This document shows, piece after piece, positions 49,601 to 62,539 of a stretch of DNA of 64,000 bases. Source of the stretch: Eledone cirrhosa. Taxonomy: Eukaryota. The translations under genes were made by a program, and so were the position numbers. The DNA lies in NCBI GenBank assembly GCA_964016885.1, contig OZ024742.1:97836001-97900000 (forward strand), given 5' to 3'. The notes under the pieces are model-generated. The model had not been told where the DNA came from and made no database searches. It saw nothing but the letters and a program-made list of their open reading frames with translations. Each line of letters opens with the position of its first letter. Positions within the stretch are counted from its first letter, which is position 1.

Positions 49601-52600
49601 TGGAGGTTTTGGTGTTGGTATTACCGTGTTGTTGGTATGGTTTTGGTATTGTCGTGTTGGTGGTATACTGTTGGTATTGCCGTGTTGGTGGTATGGAATT
49701 GGTATTGCCGTGTTGGTGAGATGGTGTTGGTATTCTCATGTTGGTGGTATGGTGTTGGTATTGGCGTGTCGATGGTATGGTGTTGGTATTCCCGTGTTGG
49801 TGCTATGGTGTTGGTATTCTCGTGTTTGATGGTAAGGTGTTGGTGTTATCGTGTTTATGGTATGGTGTAGGTATTGCCGTGTTGGTGGTATGGCGTTGGT
49901 ATTGCCGTGTTGGTATTGCCGTGTTGGTGGTATGGTGTTGGTAATGCTGTGTTGCTGGTATGGTGTTGGTATTATGGTGTTTGTGGTATGGTGTTGGTAT
50001 TCCCGTATTGGTGGTATGGTTTTGGTGTTGCCGTGTTGGTGGTATGGTGTTATAATTCTCATGCTGATGGTATGGTGTTGGTATTGCCGTGCTGGTGGTA
50101 TGGTGTTGGTATTCTCATGTTGGTGGCATGGTGTTGGTATTACCGTGTTGGTGGTATGGTGTTGGTATTGCCGTGTTGGTGTTATGGTGTTGGTATTACC
50201 GTGTTGGTGGTATGGTGTTTGTATTCTCATGTTGGTGGTATGGTGTTGGTATACTCATGTTGGTGGTATGGTGTTAGTATTGCCGTGTGCGTGGTATGGT
50301 ATTGGTATTGCCGTGTTGGGGGTATGGTGTTAGTATTCTCATGCTGATAGTATTGTGTTAGATATTGCTTTGCTGGAGGTATGGTGTTGGTATACTTATG
50401 TTGGTGGTATGGTGTTGGTATTACCCCGTTGGTCGTATGGAATTGGTATTGCCGTGTTGGTGGTATGGTGATAGGATTCTCCTGCTGGTGGTATGGTGTT
50501 AGTATTCTCCTGCTGGTGGTATGGTGTTGGTATTGCCGTGCTGGTGGTATGGTGTTAGTACTGCCGTGTGGTGGTATGGTGTTGGTATTTTCGTGTTGGT
50601 GGTATGGTGTTGGTATTGCCGTGTTGGTTGTATGGTGTTGGCATTCTCATGTTGGTGGAATGGTTTTGGTATTCTCGTTTTGGTGGTATGGTATTGGTAT
50701 TGTCGTGTTGGTGGTACTGTGTTGGTATTGCCGTGTTGGTGGTATGGTGTTAGTATTCTCATGCAGGTGGTATGGTGTTGCCATTGCCGTGCTGGTGGTT
50801 TGGTGTTGGTATTCTCATGTTGGAGGTTTTGGTGTTAGTATTACCGTGTTGTTGGTTTGGTTTTGGTATTGTCGTGTTGGTGGTATAGTGTTGGTATTGC
50901 CGTGTTGGTCGTATGGTGCTGGTATCGCCTTGTTGGTGGTATGGTGTAGGCATTACCGTGTTGGTGGTATGGTGTTGGTATTGCCGTGTTGGTCGTATGG
51001 TGTTGGTATTGCCTTGTTGTTGGTATGGTGTAGGTATTGCCGTGTTGGTGGTATGGTGTTGGTATTGCCGTGTTGGTGGTATAGTGTTGGTATTGCCGTG
51101 TTGGTCGTATGGTGTTGGTATTGCCGTGTTGGTGGTATAGTGTTGGTATTGCCGGGTTGGTCGTATGGTGTTGGTATCGCCTTGTTGGTGGTATGGTGTA
51201 GGTATTGCCGTGTTGGTGGTATGGTGTTGGTATTGCCGTGTTGGTCGTATGGTGTTGGTATTGCCGTGTTGGTCGTATGGTGTTGGTATCGCCTTGTTGG
51301 TGGTATGGTGTAGGTATTGCCGTGTTGGTGGTATGGTGTTGGTATTGCCGTGTTGGTGGTATGGTGTTGGTATCGCCTTGTTGGTGGTATGGTGTTGGTA
51401 TTGCCTTGTTGTTGGTATGGTGTAGGTATTGCCGTGTTGGTGGTATGGTGTTGGTATTCCCGTGTTGGTGGTAAGTTGTTGGTATTGTCGTGTTGGTGGT
51501 ATGGTGATTGTATTCTCATGTTGGTGATATGGTGTTGGTATACTCGTGTTCGTGGTATGTTGTTGGTATTGCTCTGTTGGTGGTGTGGTGTTGGTATATC
51601 CATGTTGCTGGTATGGTGTTGGTATTGCTGTGGTGGTGCTGTTGGTGGTATTGTGTTGGTATTCTCATGTCGATGGTATGTTGTTGATATTCCCTTGTTG
51701 GTGGTATGCTGTTGGTATTGCCGTGTTGGTGTATGGTGTTAGTATATCCGTGTTGGTGGTATGGTGTTGGTATTCTCATATTGGTGGTATGGTGTTGGTA
51801 TTGCCGTGTTGGCGGAATGGTGTTGATATTCCCGTGTTGGTGGTATGGTGTTGGTATTCTCATATTGGTGATATGGTTTTGGTATTCCGGAGTTGGTGGT
51901 ATGGTGTTGGAATTCTCATGTTGGTGGTATGTTGTTGGTATTGCCGTGTTGGTTGTATGGTGTTGGTATTGCCGTGTAGGTGGTATGGTGTTGGTATTCT
52001 CATGTTGGTGGTATGGTGTTGGAATTGACGTGTTGGTGGTATGGTATTGGTATTCCCGTGTTGGTGGTATGGTGTTTGTATTCTCATATTGGTGGTATGG
52101 TGTTGGTATTGCCGTGTTGGCGGAATGGTGTTGATATTCCCGTGTTGGTGGTATGCTGTTGGTATTCCCGTGTTGGTGGTATGGTGTTGGTATTCTCGTG
52201 TTGGTGGTATGGTGTTGGTATTGTCGTGTTGGTGGTATGGTGTTTGTATTCTCATGTTAGTGATATGGTGTTGGTATACTCGTGTTCGTGGTATGTTGTT
52301 GGTATTGCTCTGTTGGTGGTATGGTGTTGGTATATCCATATTGCTGGTATGGTGTTGGTATTGCTGTGGTGGTGGTGTTGGTGGTATTGTGTTGGTATTC
52401 TCATGTTGATGTTATGTTGTTGATATTCCTTTGTTCGTGGTATGGTGTTGGTATTGCCGTGTTGGCGGTATGGTGTTGGTATTGCCATGTAGGTGGTATG
52501 GTGTTGGTATTCTCATATTGGTGGTATGGTATTGGTATTGCCGTGTCTGTGGTATGGTATTGGTATTCCCGTGTTGGTGGTATGGTGCGGGTATTCCCGT

Positions 52601-53172
52601 GTTGGTGGTATGGTGTTGTTATTGCCGTGTTGGTGGTATGGTGTTGGTATTCCCGTGTTGGTGGTATGGTGTTGGTATTCTCGTGTTGGTGGTATGGTTT
52701 TGGTATTGTCGTGTTGGTGGTATGGTGTTGGTATTGCTGTGTTGGTGGTATGGTGTTGGTATTGCCGTGTTGGTGGTATGTTGTTGGTATTGCCGTGTTG
52801 GCGGTACGGTGTTGGTATTGCCGTGTTGGTGGTATGGTGTTGGTATTGCCGTGTTGGTGGTATGGTGTTGGTGTTATCGTGTTTATGGTATGGTGTAGGT
52901 ATTGTGTTGGTGGTATGGTTTTGGTATTGCTGTGTTGGTGGTATGGTGTTGGTATTCCCGTGTTGGTGGTATGTTGTTGGTATTCCCGTGTTGGTGGTAC
53001 GGTGTTGGTATTGCCGTGTTGGTGGTATGGTGTTGGTATTGCCGTGTTGGTGGTATGGTGTTGGTGTTATCGTGTTTATGGTATGGTGTAGGTATTGCCG
53101 TGTTGGTGGTATGGTGTTGTTATTGCCGTGTTGGTGGTATGGGGTTAGTGTTATCGTGTTTATGGTATGGTT
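46653..53172. repeat. 6.5-kb minisatellite, 28-bp unit (TGTTGGTGGTATGGTGTTGGTATT + variable 4-mer), roughly 230 units
   Basis: Clear 28-nt period. The 4-mer slot takes GCCG, CTCG, CTCA, CTAA, CTTA, ACCG, CCCG or GTCG. Confidence 0.97.
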
Positions 53173-54124
53173 TCGTCACCTTGTTGCTGGTGATATGATC
53201 TATGTTGTTTTTATTGTTGATGGTTACAAACACAGGGGATGTGGGCGTAACATTTGCCAAATGTGTGTGTGATATAGTTTTGACTTCTCAATTAATGATG
53301 ATGGTGATATGGTTGATGTTGTTGATGGAACATTTGGAGTTAGTATTGGGCTTGATGGTTTGTAAACAATTGTGACTGCAGTGGAGTTATTACGGCTGGG
53401 GTTGCAGTTGGTCATATATTAAAATGCTAGTGATGTTGATAGTTGTGAGTCGTAGTTGTGGTATTGTTGTTGCTATTAATGACTGTTATGACGATGGTGC
53501 CGTCAATATTGTCATTAACGTATGTAAGTGATGGTGTCAGTGAGGAATATAGCGTTCGTGGTGAAGTTTCTAATACCTTGTGCGTGAACGACAAGAGGGA
53601 GGAAAACAGAACATTAGAGAGTGAGAGTGGGTGAGAGAGGGAGTGAGAGAGAGGAAGAATAGAGGAAGGGAGAAATAAAAGAGAGTGAGTGGATAAGGAG
53701 TAAGGGTGATTGGGGGATGAGGGACAAGTGAGGCTGAAATGATTTTCATGACAATGGTTTAAATGGAATAGTTTAGCATTACATTTATGTTGGAGAGAGA
53801 AAGAGAGATTGAGAGAGAGAGAGAGAGAGATATAGTGCGTGTGTAAAGGGAGAATGAAAGAGGGGGGAGGGTAAAAAAGAGGAGGAGTTTGTGAGGGAAA
53901 TAGTTGAAGTGAGAGTTTCATTACAACGGCTTAAATGGAATAGTATAACATTACGATTAAGTTTGAGAAAGAAAGGAATAGAGAGAGACTGTGATGGGAG
54001 GAGAGATAGAGAGGGAGGAAGGGGAAGCAGAGGGCGGGGAATGAGGGAATAGAAAGTTTCATGACAATGGTTTAAGTGGTATTGTTTAAGGTTTTAGATT
54101 AAGGCTGAAGTGAGAAAGAATATA

Positions 54125-54195
<71 letters not shown>

Positions 54196-54302
54196 GAGGG
54201 TGGTAGTGGAGTTTGAAAGTAAAGTAAGAAAGCAATACAGAGATCAAAACGATAGAAAACAGAGAGCGAGAGAGAGAGAGAGAGAGATGGAGAGAGAGAG
54301 AG

Positions 54303-54370
<68 letters not shown>

Positions 54371-56088
54371 GTTGCTTGCTTGAGACAATTTCCAAAGACT
54401 AATAAAGCATTGTTATTGAATTACGCTGGAATAATCTAATACGTTGACAGTTGCCAGTGCATTCGGGGAATTAATTTAACAGTGAACAAATAAAATAGTC
54501 GTGTTTAAGAACATCCTGTTGGCAACAAACGGTGGAATAAGTCAAAGACATAGCAATGGAGAAAGTTCCTTTTTAAATGTAATAAACAGTGGTATGATTG
54601 ATGCAATATTTCTTTGAAAAGTGATCATTTTGAAAAAATAAAAACCAAAAATATCTGTAAAAACAAGAAAGCTAATAATATAAAAAGGCGAAACAGAAAA
54701 GAAAAAAAAACAATGAAATATTTGCATTTTGATTTTTTGGGCAAAGAATTAGCCTTTGAAGTGAAAGACGTTTCTTTTCTTGTCTTTTCTTGTTTTCTTG
54801 TTATATTTTCTTGTAGAGTCGCAAAAATGGTTAAAACATAAAATGCCAGACTAAATAGCTCTCTTTTGTGGGTGCCAACATCTGATCTCAATCGTGAGTT
54901 CAAATACCACTTGGATTAATTTTCGTTTTTCCTCTTTCAAGTAAATCTACTTACTTTGTTCACCTCTCATCATCCATTTTGTGCTACCCCAACTAATGTT
55001 GTGGATATTAATCCAACATTGGTTGGATTAATTTTGTTTTTTGTTATGTCATCCTTCAATGATCAACCCCATTTTACTTCTCTCCCCAACACTCGTCACC
55101 CATGTGTTCAAGCTTTAAATCCAGACATATTTTGTGAGTCATGTCCAATCTAGCTTCTTACTTCAAACGTCACTTGGATTATACTTCTCATTCAAAATTA
55201 TGAACTTCACTTCATAATTGTTTGATAACGTAGATCACTATGCTTTTCCACAGACGCAAGATGTATTTAGAAGCTGGTGTTTATCCCTTTTTTTACCATT
55301 TTGATTCCAACCCAGCCAAAACTGTTTCTGTTTCGATGAAACAACCACCAAGTTTTATTTATTCCTTTATACTTCAAATCCTCAACATATGTTGATAAAC
55401 GAACCATACGCTAAGTTAATATGTAATAAAATATTTGACAATTTCAGTTGATCCCTCAAACCTGTTGATTAATTAACTAAAATGGAGTGTATGTCATCGG
55501 AAATACAGCCATAAAGTGTTTAAGATAATGTGATTATTCTCTCTTGATAGGAAGCTGGTGTACTGCTGCTAGTACTACTAGTTGGACCATACTCCCCAGA
55601 ACTTTTAAACTCATACCATCGCCCCTAGACAATCCCAACATACTCATGTCTTCACTCGTAACCCATGCTATGAGTTCCATTCTATTTAATTTTTGATTTC
55701 AAATATTAATGAGATTAAATTTATCATTTTAGACACCACAAATCTGGCTGCTGGCTGGTCTCATGTCACTCCTGCTCAGGCACATCTGATTTCACTTATC
55801 TCTCCTACCCTCTTCTTCTATGCTGTGGTCAATCCCCAAAGCACTCTAACCCGTCCAACATTTCAGGAACGCCTTAAAAGGAAAGATGAAGGACAAAAAT
55901 GAAATAATGTATTGGATAGGAGCAGTTAGATAGAATGATAAAATTGGTAGGATTAAATAAGCAGACCCAATGCAACATGTTACAATCAAAAATACATAGT
56001 GATTGCTAGAGACGTGTGAGGGTATCAGATTGGTGGGCGGAAGCAGCATCCTCAGCCCTTTGCACTTTATGTATAATGTATTCACTCA

Positions 56089-56641
56089 CACTACTTTATA
56101 TCCATGTAGGAGAACCCCTACAGATGCGCTGAACGAGTGTAACTTTTTAGTCCAGCCAGCGACTTGAAAACTCTGGTACAAACACTACACTGGTGACAAT
56201 TATTGACACATAGTGCTGGGCCCATGGTACCATGTGATGACAAGTGCAGAGAGATCTCCAGATATAAAGCAATGCGTGTGCCGTGAAGCTTTTATAGTGA
56301 GTAAAGGCACTGCACAAAGCCAGTACGACTCTCTTAACCAAAAAGAAGAACAAGTCAACATCATTGGATACCATCAGGGTTGCAGATGTTATATCAGAGT
56401 TTTCCTTGTCCCAGAATTCTGCCTTGAGAAAGGCTAAGGGGTCATCTCTCCCGGTGATTTTGGATGGCCATTGACTCTTAAGAGCTCCTTTTCGCGTTGA
56501 CAGGTTTTGTTTTAGTCTTGCAGGATGTCCAAAGTCACGCTCCTCACCAAGAAACCTTGGTGGGGTTGCCAGTTTAGTCGTCAACGGCCCGACCATGAGA
56601 CTGGGATACATGTTACCAGTAGCACCAACTGGTGACCTGAC

Positions 56642-56643
<2 letters not shown>
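56089..56643 (-). mobile_element. Internally deleted (bipartite) RTE-derived element: 5'-UTR-like part joined to a 3' end encoding a C2H2 finger
   Basis: AAACTGGCAACCCC..GGAAAACTCTGAT (RTE 5'-UTR-like) followed within ~300 nt by [17 protein letters not shown]. Confidence 0.6.
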
Positions 56644-56701
<58 letters not shown>

Positions 56702-56731
56702 CATACATACATGTATATATATATATGTATG

Positions 56732-56781
<50 letters not shown>

Positions 56782-56783
<2 letters not shown>

Positions 56784-57068
56784 GCTCGAGACATGACCAC
56801 TGTATGGATCTGGCTGATTATACGGTTGCAGGTTCCTTCGGAATTGCCTGTGTCCGAAGGAACCTGCAGCCGTAGAATCAGCCAGATCCATACAGTGATC
56901 ATGTCTCGAGCTACCTGCCGGCGAAACAATTGTAACACGCAATAAACAGTCCACATGCATCACTATTTTTCGTTTTTTTCATACTATTCACACTCTGCTC
57001 TGTATGAATATTGAGTGCTAATTTTGGCATACCGCCTATGGAAGCACCATAGATACCCTTATACACAC
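56782..57068. mobile_element. Fold-back element of the 11.0-kb family (arms 56782-56842 / 56853-56913, long arm to 57068)
   Basis: The long arm is the reverse complement of 11049-11270. (TA)n on both sides. Confidence 0.88.
56849..56939 (+). ncRNA. Second copy of the CCGAAGG hammerhead-like motif
   Basis: TGTGT-CCGAAGG-aacct-GCAGccGTAG...CTACCTGC-cggc-GAAA-CAATTG-TA-ACACG. Confidence 0.5.
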
Positions 57069-57143
57069 GTATATATATATATATATATATGTGTATGTGT
57101 GTGTATATATATACATACATACATACATACATACATACATACA

Positions 57144-57179
<36 letters not shown>

Positions 57180-57201
57180 TATATGTGTGTGTGTATGTAT
57201 G

Positions 57202-57355
57202 TATGTGTCAATAATTGTCACAAGTGTAGTGTTTGTACCAGAGTTTTCAAGTCGCTGGCTGGACTAAAATGTCACACTCGTTCAGCGCATCGGTAGGGGT
57301 ACTCCTACATGGATATAAAGTAGTGGCCGTACTCGAAAACGAGTTGGCAGCCACC

Positions 57356-57357
<2 letters not shown>
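57202..57357 (+). mobile_element. 3' end of the same RTE-derived family, in inverted orientation
   Basis: 57202-57325 is the reverse complement of 56089-56212; encodes [24 protein letters not shown]. Confidence 0.8.
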
Positions 57358-57427
<70 letters not shown>

Positions 57428-57856
57428 TTGTGTATGTGTGCGTGTGTATATACCGTATGAAAGAGAGGAGAAAGCAATAGATAGAGGGAGAGAGAAATAG
57501 ACAGAAAGAGGGTGTGAGAGAGATTTCAGTTTATCACACAGATTTATATTTAAGAATAGTTTTCTGAAAAGGAAAGGAAAGTGACCATAGTTATATAAGG
57601 TTCTCAAAGATTGAGTAAAGTTGTCCCTTAATTTATTTCATATAAAGATGACTTTACAGGATTAGAATCGTTTCATTCGTTTGAAATAATGTCAAATATT
57701 GTTGGTTCAGTCAGGTATTCATATATCTGGATATCAAATAGAAATAAAAGTATAAAAATAACACAAAAAAGATGATACTACGGTGGTCAAAGCTTATTCA
57801 CACATGTTCCGACACACACACACCACCAGCCTGTAATTACCGAAACTACACAAGCT

Positions 57857-57962
57857 GTTTAGTAGATGAATCTTGCCTCTCAGACAGTTTAGCAGATGAA
57901 TCTTGCCTCTTTAATAGATGAATCTTGCCAGATTAGTAAATGAATCTTGCCTCTCAGACAGC
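57857..57962. repeat. Short imperfect tandem repeat, (TAG)ATGAATCTTGCC core x4
   Basis: Four visible copies. Confidence 0.8.
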
Positions 57963-58335
57963 CTCCGGAGGATTTATAAGGGCCTAACCGCTAATGAATT
58001 CAAGAGTAAATTTATCCATCATTTACATTCATTAATATACATTACTTCTCTTATTTCAAAGATGTGTCTTCATGAGGAAGGAATTGTGATTTTTTAATAT
58101 TGGTTATTCCAATGTTTTCACATGACTAATATTGTGTTTTCAATTCCTGAAACCATGGCTAGGGAACTATATGAATGAAACTGACTGACTTTAGTCCTTC
58201 TAAATTATATTTCTTCCCCAAACCGAGATATTGGCTACATTTAATGTTTATTTGCTTCTCTGCGTTGATAATTTATTAATATATGTTATCCTTTCATTGA
58301 GATGTCAAAGTATTAGAGACCGATAACTTCTGAAT

Positions 58336-58406
<71 letters not shown>

Positions 58407-58410
<4 letters not shown>

Positions 58411-58923
58411 TGTTACACTTTGGGAGGGTCATGCTGCCAATAAGAAACACACGCACCAGTTGCTTTCACTTCAATTTAATTTATTAAATATTTATAAATT
58501 TACAAATTTATAAATTTCTGGTTGGTTGGTTGGTTCCACAACCAGATAGTTGTTTATATATATATAGTCATAGTTCTTTCGTCACACACTCTGTGACCTC
58601 TTCAGTGACTGGGGATTTCTTTCTTCGTTTCTGTGCCTTTCCTTTCTTCTATCCTACGCCAAACAAAATGGCGTAGGATAGAAGAAAGGAAAGGCACAGA
58701 AACGAAGAAAGAAATCCCCAGTCACTGAAGAGGTCACAGAGTGTGTGACGAAAGAACTATGACTATATATATATAAACAACTATCTGGTTGTGGAACCAA
58801 CCAACCAACCAGAAATTTATAAATTTGTAAATTTATAAATATTTAATAAATTAAATTGAAGTGAAAGCAACTGGTGCGTGTGTTTCTTATTGGCAGCATG
58901 ACCCTCCCAAAGTGTAACAATAT
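58407..58923. mobile_element. Perfect ~255-bp-arm palindrome of a PLE pseudo-LTR (same family as 29640-31330)
   Basis: 58411-58661 is the reverse complement of 58669-58919, with a 7-nt loop AACAAAA. The end sequence matches 29640-29700. Confidence 0.93.
58720..58764 (+). ncRNA. Minimal type I hammerhead ribozyme (mirror at 58566-58610, minus)
   Basis: AGTCA-CTGAAGA-G-GTCACA-gagtg-TGTGAC-GAAA-GAAC-TA-TGACT: 5-bp helix I, 6-bp helix II, intact core. Confidence 0.85.
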
Positions 58924-58977
58924 CGGTTTCAACACACGATTTCAGATAAAGAATCTTGCTAAACAAATTCAGAAACG

Positions 58978-59053
<76 letters not shown>

Positions 59054-59084
59054 AGATATATATATATAGAGAGAGAGAGTGAGT

Positions 59085-59155
<71 letters not shown>

Positions 59156-59169
59156 AGAGAATGGGAGAA

Positions 59170-60390
59170 ACTAAAACTAACTGGCTTCGCGCGCACTTTG
59201 GGTCATTGTGTATTAATTTTCGAACCGGTTAACCTTGAATTTCAGGTCATGTTATCTAAAACATCTGTAAAGGCAACATGACTCCAACGAGAGAGAGCTC
59301 CAGCAGCGAGATGTCTGTGTGAGATGTCCAAGTGAGGCTCCAGGAGCAATTTCCCGAGTTTTTGGAGCAGACAAACCTCCCTTCTAAGCCATTATAGAAA
59401 ACTGGATGAAGACGTTTGAAACGCCATCCTACCGCTGGATGACCCATAGAAAATACACCGGAAGTCATTTACATTGTTCGAGAGTCTGTTGAACGGATCA
59501 TAAAACTATCCCTGCATAGGAGAAGCCCATCCTTGGATCTTTCCGCAAAGGGTTGTCAAAAAGAATCTCAAGAATCACCTCTATATAATTCAGACGAAAT
59601 AATTACTTACTTTAGCTGATAAGACAAAGGGAAAGGATATGCCTGAGAAAATGCTGGAGGAGATGGAAAACAAACCAAATGTTCATATGTTGTGGATTTT
59701 CATCTAGAGGAGAAATCATCTCTGAGAACAATGTGTTCTGGGAGTTAGAGAAACCCACCGATGTGGCTGTGAAATCTCTCTATGGGGCTAAATCAACCGT
59801 CTGAGAGAGACTTTATTAACACCTCGGAAATATATTACCACTAGTACGACCATAATGGAACCCTATATGGAGGTCATGGAAGACTTCAAAAAGGGCTACA
59901 GACCATGTAACCATCTCTAATAAATAAGGTCTGGTTCCAGCAAGACGGAGCATGCTTTCAAGCTTCTAGTAAATCGTGACAATAGCTGAAAATTAACTTT
60001 GGAAATCGTCTGATAAGTTTGACGATAACTATTGGGTGGGACTCACACAGCCCTGATTTACGCCCCCTTCCTTCTCTAGATTTTTTTCTTTTGGGTTATC
60101 TGAAGTATAGTGTATATGTCAACAAACCCAGGACTGTCACCGAATTAAAGAAAAACATCAGGGAGTAGATCAAAGCCATCGCTATGTCTGTTTGTAAAGG
60201 GATTTTGTAATCTCCAGCATGACCATAAAGAAACTGCATGGATCATATAGAAGATACGCTAAGAGCAGAAACATGAGAAGATAAGGACATGTTAATATGT
60301 TAATGTCAATAATTGGATTTAAATGTATCTGACTTCATAAAAAATATAAATAATGTCGACAAAATTAAAATGGGGCCAGTTTTTTAGTTA
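59170..60390 (+). mobile_element. Decayed Tc1/mariner-superfamily DNA transposon
   Basis: WFQQDGA (~59933) and W.SHSPDL.P.DFF..GYLK.SVYVNKP (~60037-60130). Imperfect TIR CTAAAA..ACTGGC / GCCAGTTTTTTAG. Confidence 0.8.
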
Positions 60391-62146
60391 GACTTATTTT
60401 TTTGTGCAAGATACAGCATTCTAAAATGGTACTCTCAATTAAATCGTGCCAAACTATTTTGCTGGTTTGAGACCTTATGTGGGTGAATATGTGTGTGTGA
60501 AATTGTCTTACACATCACCTTTATTTCCTTCTTCAAGTCATTTCTATGCGCCGACACACTTCTCCTTTGCCTTCTCTTCTTTCAATTTTTCTTTATTTTA
60601 TCTGCCTGTCACCTACCACATAGAGTGTTTCCCTCTCGACCATTGGCCACTGGTCTTTGTCCTATGACACACTTTTCCCCATCGCTCTCTTTGATAGTAG
60701 CTGACTGTTTTGACTACTATTGTAGCTATGAGTTTTTCCTCCATGTATATATATATATATATAATATATATATTTATGCATATGGTATGCAGGCATTATA
60801 TATGTGCATCGTATGCAAATATCATACTGCATGTACAATGTATATGCATGAACATCCACATATATCTGCATTTTATGCAAACTGTATGGATGTACAATCC
60901 ATGTGCAACGCGATATTGATCCATCTGTACTGACTGTAAATATCTTAGAGTAATCTATTGCGTGGGCTCCTATATATACATATACAGTATGTACGTGATA
61001 CAGCCCCACCATAATTATGTACTATGCTTATCCATGCTATGCAAACAGCATAGTGCATGTAGAATGCTTGGGCACTTGCATGTACACATATATTCATCGT
61101 ATGCACATATAAATAAATCTACGTTGTGGTGTGTGCTAACATATATGTGCATGGAATATAAGCATCATACTCTATGTAAGAGACATAAGCTCTACTATAA
61201 ACATACATTTGCATGGTATGCACATTTTATAGCGTATGAAAGTTTCGTTGACCGCAGTCAAGTTCCCATTTATGGTATTTATCTCATCCTATTATATTTA
61301 CCTCACTCTATTTCAACACTTCGCCATTTCATCATATCTTATCCCCATTCTCACTTTCCACATGCAACCACCTACACACACCGCTATCTTCCAAAATTCA
61401 TAAAATAAGAGAACAATGAAATGTAAAACATTCATTTTTCAAACAAGATTTATCTAGTTTAATGTTTTTGCAGCACTTTCAGTTCATTATTTTTACCTTC
61501 CTTCTACTGTCTCACTTCACCAGCGGTTCCTCATCTCCCTGCTTACATAGCTTTGCCTTGAACCGCTCGAAACTACAACTACAAAATGACTATATAATTA
61601 TAGTGTGGGGCGATGCGTGTGCACTTACATATTCAAATATGAACATCATATGCAAACATAGTGTATGTTCAATACATTTGCACGAACATATTTATGCATC
61701 ATATGCATACACCATAATGTATGTACGTGTGCATGTGCCGACTTACGCAACTGACAGCTATAGTCCCCGAGGAAGAACTTTCAAGACCAGTTGCAAAAAT
61801 GACGTGTTCAGCTGGCGTGGCAATACAATGGATACCTTTTGGAACAAATTGTCGAGGTTCCTGGCAAATTCAAACAAGCGGAACACTTGAAAAATGACAA
61901 CAGGCTGAAAATGGAACAAAAGAACAATGTAAATAGAAAATACTTGCAATTTGGCACCAAAGTACATAAGAACAACAGTAATGTTACTTGTAGAAGTAGT
62001 TAGTGGTGGTGGGAGTTGTCATATTGGTGTTGGTTATGCTGTTAGTGGCGGTGGTAGTAGTAGGAGTTATTGAAGAAATAGGATAGAACTAGAAAAGAAA
62101 GCAATATATTCGCTGGTGAATGTATGTATACACACATAACCCAAAC

Positions 62147-62264
<118 letters not shown>

Positions 62265-62539
62265 AGAGTGTGACTGAACGAAAGTAGTGATTCCATTGAT
62301 TCAACTCTATATTGACAGTTATTGTCTCGTATAAATGTACACTCACAAAAACATATATACATATAAGCATACAGATATTGAGACACTCACATGCACCCCC
62401 CCCCCCCCCCCACACACACACATACACACATACATAGATACACACGCACACACACATATATAAAATATATATAATATATATAATATGTAAGTACAAATTA
62501 TATATACATATATATATATCTATATATCTTCTAATATTT

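Noticed and set aside
46653-53172. CRISPR-like array (constant repeat plus variable part)
   Set aside because: The variable part is only 4 nt and is reused; there are no unique spacers or cas genes, and the context is eukaryotic.
46654-53272. Dozens of long ORFs (VLVVWCWYCRVGGM.. / TPYHQHGNTNTIPP..)
   Set aside because: They are by-products of a stop-poor 28-bp repeat, appear in all frames and show no frame preservation.
57015-57296. Host C2H2 zinc-finger gene
   Set aside because: A single finger at the 3' end of an RTE-type repeat, fused to microsatellite translation; a second copy lies inverted nearby.
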